A stretch of 34,344 bases of DNA, from contig CAZJUB010000026.1 in the NCBI GenBank assembly GCA_964549075.1, positions 1 to 34,344 on the forward strand, read 5' to 3'. The stretch is from an uncultured archaeon (GTDB lineage Archaea > Asgardarchaeota > Heimdallarchaeia > Heimdallarchaeales > Heimdallarchaeaceae). Shown piece after piece: positions 11,701-17,011 of this stretch. The position numbers were made by a program, and so were the translations under genes. Numbering within the stretch: the stretch's first letter is position 1; every line of letters starts with the position of its first letter. Under the pieces are notes generated by a model. That model was given only the letters and a program-made list of their open reading frames with translations. It did not search any database and had not been told where the DNA came from.

Positions 11701-14700
11701 TTCGAGAGTAGCATTCCTCTGAGCAGCTACACTTAGCTCTGATTCAATTATTTCTGGTATTAAATCTAAAAATTGCTTAATGGTTACAATATTTCTAGCT
11801 TTTAGCTTAAGAAGAGCTTCTTTTAAATCGGGAAGTTGTTTTTGCTTTTTATCAAATAGATGTGATAATTCAATAATCTCCATTTGAGAAAGTTGACTAA
11901 TATTTTCAATCTTTACCCAGTAACCTTTAGTAAAGTGAAGTTTCTCAGAAGGATATAGATAAAATAAGTCCTGAACTGTGGGGTTTGTAGTTCCAAAGTA
12001 TTCAATTAGTTTTGGAAACATCCCTTTTAGTTGACTTAGATTTTTACCATAGATTTCTTTATTTTTCTGGTAATCATCAAAAGAAACACTCGCTTTGAGT
12101 GTTTTGATTTTATTCTCGGATAAATCCATAATTTCGGATAATTCGTCATTTGGCCAAATAGCAAACCTGCCTATACAGTTTAAACCAACTTCTCGAAGCA
12201 AATGAGACATCTCTCGAAGATTAGGAAATGTGAAAATTATAGGAGAACGTAAAAATGTAATCATTTCAAGATATTTTTTCTTCTCTTCAGCTGTCATCGA
12301 ATATGCATCTGGTGAATTAAAGAACAGCTCTTCAAGGACAAGTATTCCTAGTTTTTTTAGTAATTCTTGCTCTTTTATCCAATCCGGAATTGGTGTTCCT
12401 AGAGCTTTTTTCATTCGCTCTACATCGCGTTTTTTCAAACCCATCTTTCTTAATGCAGGTGATGAATAAGCTAAAAAGGCTGATGAGGTGAAAATCTGGC
12501 TTTTATATAGTTCTCTTTCTAGACTTACAGGAATAATTTTCAAATGTGAAGTTGAATGCTCAAATTCTTTTTCAATCAATGAATGTTTAAGCTTTCTTTT
12601 AGATTCTTCCAGTAAAAGAGAAATTAATGATTTAAGTTTAGAAGAATGTATTTGATCAGCTGGAAAGCTTATGAATTTAGCAAGTGTCGTAATACCTTTT
12701 GCTGATAGAGTTGTGATCAACTCTTTTTCTTGAGTTTTCATTTCTTCAATTGGAAAAATCTTAAATTCTGATAATTTAATAGAAGGAGAATTTTTAACTA
12801 AAATATCGATAAAGTGAGAATAAAGTATCCTCTCCATTTCCTTGATGAGGATGAGATCATCAATTGATTGAGTAATAAATTCTTCAATTGTTTTTATCTT
12901 TCTTCTATGAAAAGCGTTTTTTGTATATCCATCTGTCCAATCCAACTTCATTTTAGTTATGTTTGTACTTTTAAAATTTGGAAACTTATCAGAGAGAATT
13001 GTAAGAACGTCTATTAAATGTTGAACTAATGTAAGAGTAATAGCTTGATTGTAAACTATTTCACTAGGATGAATTATTTGGAAAAGAAATTCCTCAATAG
13101 ACAAATCAGATGAAAGAAATCCTTCTGACTTTTCTTTTAACTCACTAAACGATGGGAACAAATGTTTTAATTTCAATTGTGTAATACTAGTTAAATTCTG
13201 AATTTCTTCTAAAGAAGCAGCTGATTTCTGCGAACCATCTGATTTTCTATTTTTTAATAAGAGTTGATTAATCAAATTATCCTTTTTACTTTCGAATAGT
13301 TTTTCTACAAAATTAGCAACAGAGCCTAATTTATTGTATTCTGTTGCTAGAAAATGATAGCTATTTTGAATCCATCTTCTGTTTAATGCATCTTTCAGAG
13401 ATAATGGAGATTTCTTCTCCTCTGTATCAAACCTTCTTTCTATAGCTCGAGTAACGAAGATTCTTGCATCTAAATCGGGACTTAATCCTTCTCTATCTAG
13501 TTCAAAAATGGTTCTTGATTTTATATTATATACTTCTTCACTCGGTAAATCTAGAATTGTAGTTAAATCGGAACTAGGAGTTAATAGAAAATCTGATACC
13601 GAAACAATATTCTTAGTTTTTAGAGCATTTTGGATGGGAGATGGACACCAAATATCTAAACCAAAAAGACGTTGTCCTAAAGGCATGAATAATTTTGCTT
13701 TAGTAGATTTTCCGTGAGCTAAAGCTGAAGCGATTCTATTTTTTTCAAAACGAAAATCAGTAAGAGGAAGATTCTCATCCTCTAAAATCTGAGTTAAATT
13801 ATCAACGATAACTGGAGCTGATTTAACAAAACGTGATAAACGAGCATGTTCTCTTCTCTTTCGTTTAGCTCTACTTAGGAAGGTTTTAAGTCTCCTTCCT
13901 AATTGCATTAAAGCTAATCGTATTTCTTCCTCAATTTCTGGAACATTAGAAATATATTCTTTACTAGTTTCAGGGAAAGGAATTTTTGTACTAACTAGAG
14001 ACACTGCAACAGCTAATGGATCAGATTGTCGAGTAAGACCATATTCATTCCATCTTATTGATGAGACAACTTGAGTAATGACATCGTTTCCTGCTCCAAA
14101 GATCAGGGGAATACGATTTGCATATCTGTAAATGATTTTATTGTCTTGAACAGTAGCACTTCGTGTTTGTGCAGCTTCACTTACTCCTCCTCCATATCCG
14201 ATTGCTGCTTCGATAATGAAAGGATGACCGGAATAAGCTTTTGCAGGTCGAGAGATTGCTTCAACGAATTTAGGATCAAGCTCTTTCTCAAGACCTTTTC
14301 TTAATCTGCCAGCTCCTAAAGGTGAAAGAGATGTACCCTTTGGTCCATCAAACTGAAAAACTCTGTCTCTTTTTCTTTTGACATCTTTAGCTTCTTGATA
14401 AGCTTTAACAAATCCCTCATGAACAATTCTACGTATCTCTTTGGATGTTAAATCTTTAGGATTTTTATTAGGGTCTATCTCTAGTAATTGAAAGAAATCC
14501 TCAGCTATTTCTTCAGTTACACCCATGAAATGTTCTGCTAAAAATCCTTTTAGTTTTTTATTTTTATTAGCAGCTAATTCTGCTTTGAATTGAGTAATAT
14601 CACAACCCCAAGGATGGATTTGGACATATTCAGGAGGTTCAGGCATATCATCTACAACACTTTCATAATGGAATTCATCGACTTCACCTTCTTTGTCTCC

Positions 14701-15387
14701 GGGTATATTGAGGTTGAAAGTAGCGTAAGGTGTGATTATAGCTAGTTGTCTGAAATATTCTCTAACACTATTTTTAGCTAGACTCCAAGCTCCAGTAAAA
14801 GTAATACTTATTTCTATTCCTGGCTCTTCAAGATAATTAGGATCACTTGGAAGATATTCGCGATGTTCCATAATTATAGGTTCATTCTTTTCCAAATTGA
14901 TCATTAGGTGCATTTCATTTGTGATATCATCCATAAAATAACGTGATTTGATTTTTGCAGGAAGGTCTACAGAAGACATAGAATATAATAAGCACATTTT
15001 AGCTCCTAAACCAAATCTTCCACGTGTCTGAATAACGCCATATTTTGTTCCTGTTAAAACTCTACCAAATAACTCTGCAATCTGATGTCCGGGGACTCCA
15101 ATACCATTATCTTTGCAGGTTAGCTGTAAGAAATCAAGATGTTTTTCGAGCTTTTTATACTGTTTAACATCAAGTAATTCATTAATTTCTCTACTTGATA
15201 GTCTTCTTAATTCCACATCAATAATTGGATTTACTCCTCTTTTTTCAGCTGAATCTAGACCATTTTCAACTAATTCTCTTATACTAGTAAATACAGCACG
15301 CATTGAATTTCCGAAACCAGCAATAGCTCTGTTATCGTTGAAAAATGCAGCTGCAGACATTTTTTTAGTAACTGAAGTATCAGACAC
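2758..15387 (-). CDS. top6B: Giant DNA topoisomerase VI subunit B (4209 aa): GHKL ATPase + H2TH + transducer (aa ~1-560), HhH/SAM-like repeat array (aa ~570-4100) and K/S/T-rich tail
   Basis: Bergerat-fold motifs RELVENGLDS, DNGIG and QTRGRFGLG; H2TH segment FLAEHFMGVTEEIAE; RYANRIPL; WNEYGL (WxxY); switch loop STKIPFPETSKEY; basic stalk GRRLKTFLSRAKRKRR. Single uninterrupted ORF with GTG start and a GAGGT SD motif upstream. Confidence 0.93.
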   Translation of the reverse strand: MSDTSVTKKMSAAAFFNDNRAIAGFGNSMRAVFTSIRELVENGLDSAEKRGVNPIIDVELRRLSSREINELLDVKQYKKLEKHLDFLQLTCKDNGIGVPGHQIAELFGRVLTGTKYGVIQTRGRFGLGAKMCLLYSMSSVDLPAKIKSRYFMDDITNEMHLMINLEKNEPIIMEHREYLPSDPNYLEEPGIEISITFTGAWSLAKNSVREYFRQLAIITPYATFNLNIPGDKEGEVDEFHYESVVDDMPEPPEYVQIHPWGCDITQFKAELAANKNKKLKGFLAEHFMGVTEEIAEDFFQLLEIDPNKNPKDLTSKEIRRIVHEGFVKAYQEAKDVKRKRDRVFQFDGPKGTSLSPLGAGRLRKGLEKELDPKFVEAISRPAKAYSGHPFIIEAAIGYGGGVSEAAQTRSATVQDNKIIYRYANRIPLIFGAGNDVITQVVSSIRWNEYGLTRQSDPLAVAVSLVSTKIPFPETSKEYISNVPEIEEEIRLALMQLGRRLKTFLSRAKRKRREHARLSRFVKSAPVIVDNLTQILEDENLPLTDFRFEKNRIASALAHGKSTKAKLFMPLGQRLFGLDIWCPSPIQNALKTKNIVSVSDFLLTPSSDLTTILDLPSEEVYNIKSRTIFELDREGLSPDLDARIFVTRAIERRFDTEEKKSPLSLKDALNRRWIQNSYHFLATEYNKLGSVANFVEKLFESKKDNLINQLLLKNRKSDGSQKSAASLEEIQNLTSITQLKLKHLFPSFSELKEKSEGFLSSDLSIEEFLFQIIHPSEIVYNQAITLTLVQHLIDVLTILSDKFPNFKSTNITKMKLDWTDGYTKNAFHRRKIKTIEEFITQSIDDLILIKEMERILYSHFIDILVKNSPSIKLSEFKIFPIEEMKTQEKELITTLSAKGITTLAKFISFPADQIHSSKLKSLISLLLEESKRKLKHSLIEKEFEHSTSHLKIIPVSLERELYKSQIFTSSAFLAYSSPALRKMGLKKRDVERMKKALGTPIPDWIKEQELLKKLGILVLEELFFNSPDAYSMTAEEKKKYLEMITFLRSPIIFTFPNLREMSHLLREVGLNCIGRFAIWPNDELSEIMDLSENKIKTLKASVSFDDYQKNKEIYGKNLSQLKGMFPKLIEYFGTTNPTVQDLFYLYPSEKLHFTKGYWVKIENISQLSQMEIIELSHLFDKKQKQLPDLKEALLKLKARNIVTIKQFLDLIPEIIESELSVAAQRNATLELHEMLKTRDIKGEDEFSKQVLLICEFDEFQSIFALPISRVSKLSLSDFESLRNKGIVAVHQLFEYSPKELASILDKEEKEIEDLQSDFKLEQQGTSFFEKIDRSRFKSSVSFDFEDSERFSTHEIESMILAGYDTVDKIFYLAQPMIFSASLVNWNVVDKFRKLLRSPLTLATWERKVKKTVKVEEEEGNEQTKTIEEEQLVSLTTEQLNTLQNHGITRIIDLLVSQAENLSEFLGVSFEEAKNFQKNIRISDTGTDISELDIFKTEIVKALEEINIFTLEDLYFSTTKNKWNEAILPWRTVEAFKQVLNLPLNHISDMLDADLIQTLTDVNVLTLLGFMLTSPESLMERTGIPDERIENIKRGLDLADILSYFSLPGYFLPELTFEQTEILRENKILTIADFILTSNQKLTKLVGTSSKQLDEIKDSLTAQKIVGLYEEKGIFAFETKLFDKLEQRQLSRDSIFQFERFQTIQELFYESEPAFYQLNPELWPKISAVQKVLALPLRIFTEISEYSIEVWEQNNIKNVFQLLFIPDEEITDPLLYRSISSNSSKMLEMRSFHYFSKLPSSVYNSSFFKEIVQDFENKKLSDVITDPKVISHLLSKDKHYQAENYNLTLIRSLLELPLRITPFFNRIKKIQREDYKNTKIGDVFDIDLTEHPGLAPFFNKLMEVDSFNSLVKDVAVPISSIGLPRGLALKLSKSSVNTLIDFFSVPINVLSEITGLSMRYIKEIQNSLNYQIIVSFQKEQSHKILECSIITQKQIDSLAERGITDIETLYYSADTRRISDILPVENYQKIMEILSGSIRFIGFLSFDEIKRLEFYEINSVIDLALLDKKELFHITQNPIYKEFHALDILSLDELADKRIETAIPITLLPSIEEDYLEKINKLGIYSIQDFNSRMTEIRESHPHLVKLDVFREVQMYLASVAFIGLTNQQVQKLIYSGVGDILSFITEDVSTIALILNISEKEVRKYIEKIEPISLAKEINRKGVKIDEFPVLKKSTVNYLLKSEKEYVQDIYSHYYQAFTISNVSDDVVKDFLGSCNISIYRITELSTETKLKLSQMGVLRIIDFLCVNDNELKKTFDGSIPNEISEIRKGQFTLDRGTPLLLNEPIKDLLRDLYFDPDKKTVEDLFGFVPEHLLQFSEFERIEKISNISFVEQLVSFLSLSIFSLPYFDMDTKVALRRNGVYHVIELISSKVQSMENVTTEITRNIRDFQRDFNLTKRMSETFSPHLNQSIKLPNKMSEKFGSYGLTTGLFLFDFVQHPLFEFSENEKKVINDITNNFFRPVSWLYNIMSLDVKNFNRLRDRKAINILSAHLLITESKLKPEIVAFPDNIISKFIKALNEEIVSLKPPTWAIKLDEIKLISDNKLLKKLKSNNITYLDELISADSIINFDTKISKEIRPILYSLKNFNINTLEGITSTQIQKLKQSGVRTVFHYLSIPLPLLSNITGQSTDDIKLTIAQIDLNDLEKSAKLVGLDIDLFTEISDKVKNLLKEYGCVSLTQAANLNLDQLPIPQEDKRSLTQLVSMLLTPITIIGKVLQLSKKDVDELLSNNVMTYTDLLEVPQQKWSASIKRLISRQKTDPNYLIKRLSDIKKFGVSIDKLSLTKSVTTSLLSAGISTVDHLLYLPSNHITSLTKLTEDDLEELLINLNSSPSLIPGLSKELLIYIYSKPHYTIADILINFHNISKENLQPILESVSKIKNIEELKFKDPLSTTEKYIVGKGFHSYTSLITSENFITDKKLYERVAPYLLANIRFLDLDTKTEVALKRANIATIADLLILSPKTIATQARTSIKAITDILLSINIDNINSKVVINQDSHLRDAFFLTDRDKEFLKSIGIFNLNDLREYSVYPWIVSESRIDKIRERIGSILQTPILYYKEILSLPFHTIESKYLKESIFSVQELITISTQKEADKITEFLRTFSASTDKIKEDFVPIDQVLSENELTTLKNDLKFKKITLFNELLLEMYAGFKKLSSNSIKILQTLKHPLSASTKFNTNEIQSLNSKDLYTYVDLLIKPKSYWLTFSPIKLKTKIQEILPSLTTSRIRSDVAKRIKVSSLKTISPNVKKELSQVYTTVDEIIYDIMTEDYRTSKSNINAIQRFFSTSILLIKYPKISIKSWRKIKNNLEEVGDLFKLSNKDLGNTLSLPVDEALKNLVNLTSENILKAPNLKANKVLSTQDIDDLKDLGFRNYIQILDVMKAKNNIPKNLKDKITILEKLDVKKLEPKLKESVTLMELIFLMPSLDNLLLTKSQKDLLNRTAEFMFSRGTELCTVLDIDISNKNITCPDLSLEYLLLLHDFDNKLYTAILSNLPEEIDKQIKDLFDYLTRSPIILSEPTLANIDNIASQEFETISEMLLEPKQSLSNVVTDKTLERNLKNISLSLLKQLKKGLIDFPTKLFTAGEINTLKKSSIYSVEEALLFNKKTNDKNTKEWELCLRLKNIMYLELYDLPEITEDSEILNYVNKNNLITIYDLLAHCKHKAQSEKICKNIVPSIKFATLSELVSQEQKRFSNFIKGADLGELLKKHELKTFGSLFTYLDNVDLQNIEPDFEKLLSTLRAPIMLLTQDAALVAKLNKAGYYQVFDLMTSANINSIFSKCKLTDKQLTSAKELTKNLNYITINDIITVSCYPITSVSFIDENIKKLLVRAGYSTITHLNVPDEILLRTSGLTAQPLSRITKVLNMPIYYLSDLTRENPSSLSILQSKNIQTINDIYISDCNQLSSTIKIPERQFKSILSTLTDQSIKLAQKDETKLKTSMPFIEEQEIQKLKEIGVSSIQELIFPTKEAKSSSAMTLVNVEKLLKHLDNKIEELDVKAPILVQIKQLGINDFKEFILYPSTVLDSKVDLSYMAIKGLKNRLPLSSSKSTSSKKTTSSSTKASSTTQVSSSTKKTTTAAKKQPVAKKTAKSSSKPKTKSSTEDSEKKSAAKITSKKSKQTTLLDVGSNPKKTSSSSSKSSSKNKKRSSGK
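2761..3078 (-). other. Low-complexity basic S/K/T/A-rich C-terminal tail of Top6B (aa ~4104-4209)
   Basis: SSSKSTSSKKTTSSSTKASSTT...KKTTTAAKKQPVAKKTAKSSSKPKTK...KNKKRSSGK. Confidence 0.85.
3079..13680 (-). repeat. Protein-level tandem array of about 45-55 degenerate ~60-65 aa helical repeats within top6B
   Basis: Recurrent core LxxxG/N-IxT/S-hxD/E-hh, e.g. LSAKGITTLAKFI, LQNHGITRIIDLL, LAERGITDIETLY, LLSAGISTVDHLL, LKRANIATIADLL, LKEIGVSSIQELI. Often followed by LxxxxGhSxxxxxxI. Count is by eye; repeats are not obvious at DNA level. Confidence 0.8.
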
Positions 15388-15420
15388 GTTTGTTACCTCT
15401 TAAATTGAACTCTTATTCTT

Positions 15421-15434
15421 ATAATATATATAAG
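15421..15434 (-). promoter_or_regulatory. Putative TATA box for the top6B-top6A operon
   Basis: Minus strand reads CTTATATATATTAT about 40 nt upstream of the GTG. The AT-rich background limits certainty. Confidence 0.35.
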
Positions 15435-15592
15435 ATTATTGTCGGAACAAGGTTATTTTAGTTATATAATTGATTATCCCTATTTAAACTTGAATTTTAT
15501 GGGCAACTAGCTTTTTTCAGACTCCAATTTGAACAGATTTACTTGATAAAAAATCTTAAAATCTAAACAGCGAAACAATAATTGAAGTACTG

Positions 15593-16879
15593 GTGACAGC
15601 AATGAAATCAATTTTTCAACGTGCAAAAAACAAGGAAGAAGACTTTCCGAAAAAATTCAATGGCTTTTTTGAATTTAATCATTCAGGAATAATCGTAAAT
15701 AGTAAAACAGCAGAAACACCGTTAATTGGATGCGAAACTTCTGATAGTTTATTTTTAGAGACTACCAATAAGGACAGTTCTATTGGTCTTATTCTTACAG
15801 GTGAGTATGGTAAAGGTCTATGCAAAGGTTTTCGAAAGAGGATTAAGAATCAGTTATCTTCTGCTTTGTATATTGGTTTCAATGGTACTTTAAGCGATTT
15901 ATCAGATATCTCAAGAGTAATTCTTCCTGAAGAAAATAAACCAATTATGTCGTTTTCACAAGGGAAGAAATGGTATAAAATGAATGAAGCAAGAGTTGTT
16001 TCATATATAGACAAAATTATTAGAAGCAAATCGTTATTATTTGTTTTTCTTGATAACAATCCCTTTATTCTTGGAGTGATGCAAAGTGTTTTAGAACACA
16101 TTAAAGCATCAAAAATCAAACCAATTCTGTTTCTTCATCTTCCCGCTGATGAATCTGACTTTTCAAGAACGTTTTCAGTGCTTGCCTTTGTTTATAATAT
16201 TTTGAAGAAAGAATCTAGGTTGGATACACCAATCGTTTTAATTGATGATAAATATGCACTAAAACAAAATTCTAACACCACCTTAGAGGAATTATCAGAG
16301 AAACTGCTATTTAGAGAAGCAAATGTCATTGCAGATATTATGTTTGGAACATCAATGAATTCAGAATTCTATCATACAGATTTTAGTAATTTTGGTAGAA
16401 TATTTGAGAATTTAAAAGGAATTTGTAGTTTGTTTAGTTTCGACGCATATGATAATAATCCAGATCTTTCAAAATTGTTCAAATTAAGCGATAAATCTTC
16501 TAGTTACTCAGGAAAACAAAAACCAACAAGAGGGTATGTTTTTATTCAGCCAGGACCCGAAGGATTAAAGACTGATTCATATCAGAAAATTAGAGAATTT
16601 ATTGGTAATTCAGATATCATTCTCTCTATTTTAAATCAGAGAGGAAATGGTGCGTTAGTTAGAGGAATATTAAGTTATGTTAGTACTCCTAAAGTTCTTA
16701 CAGACAAGTTTTCAAAACTGGATAAAATCACAGTAGAGCTATATGATTCAGAGAATCAGAAAATAATTGTTAATGATGAACAGCTATTTGATGAGGTTCT
16801 AAATGCTAACGAATACAAAGTTGTTATGTTCGAAGATTTGAAAATTCAAATCGAGAAAGAAGCTGAAGGTAAACCATAA
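15593..16879 (+). CDS. Highly divergent tubulin/FtsZ-fold protein lacking the GGGTG signature (putative pseudo-GTPase)
   Basis: Collinear with 22991..24130: ILTGEYGKGLC (T1), LHLPADES (T5), IVLIDDK (T6), YHTDFSNF (T7-like), TRGYVFI and VRGILSYV. T4 loop is replaced by FLDNNPFILG. Confidence 0.6.
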   Translation: MTAMKSIFQRAKNKEEDFPKKFNGFFEFNHSGIIVNSKTAETPLIGCETSDSLFLETTNKDSSIGLILTGEYGKGLCKGFRKRIKNQLSSALYIGFNGTLSDLSDISRVILPEENKPIMSFSQGKKWYKMNEARVVSYIDKIIRSKSLLFVFLDNNPFILGVMQSVLEHIKASKIKPILFLHLPADESDFSRTFSVLAFVYNILKKESRLDTPIVLIDDKYALKQNSNTTLEELSEKLLFREANVIADIMFGTSMNSEFYHTDFSNFGRIFENLKGICSLFSFDAYDNNPDLSKLFKLSDKSSSYSGKQKPTRGYVFIQPGPEGLKTDSYQKIREFIGNSDIILSILNQRGNGALVRGILSYVSTPKVLTDKFSKLDKITVELYDSENQKIIVNDEQLFDEVLNANEYKVVMFEDLKIQIEKEAEGKP

Positions 16880-17011
16880 AATATATTAATATTCTATCTT
16901 CTTTTCATAAAAATTAGTCTCTCAAGAGAATAACAAAAGTTAGTGTAGTTGTCATTAACTTTAAATATCTCTCTTAAATCGAGACATTAAAAGTATATAT
17001 GAGGATTCACT

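Noticed and set aside
2758-15387. Inteins or a mobile insertion as the cause of the Top6B size
   Set aside because: No Hint-type splice motifs (C...HN-C/S/T) or LAGLIDADG motifs were seen. The extra sequence lies wholly C-terminal to an uninterrupted core and consists of helical repeats.
4430-15403. Short plus-strand ORFs inside top6B (4430, 5135, 7553, 8228, 11069, 12230, 13508, 14071, 15113)
   Set aside because: Antisense shadows of a long coding frame; S/F/I-rich with no motifs.
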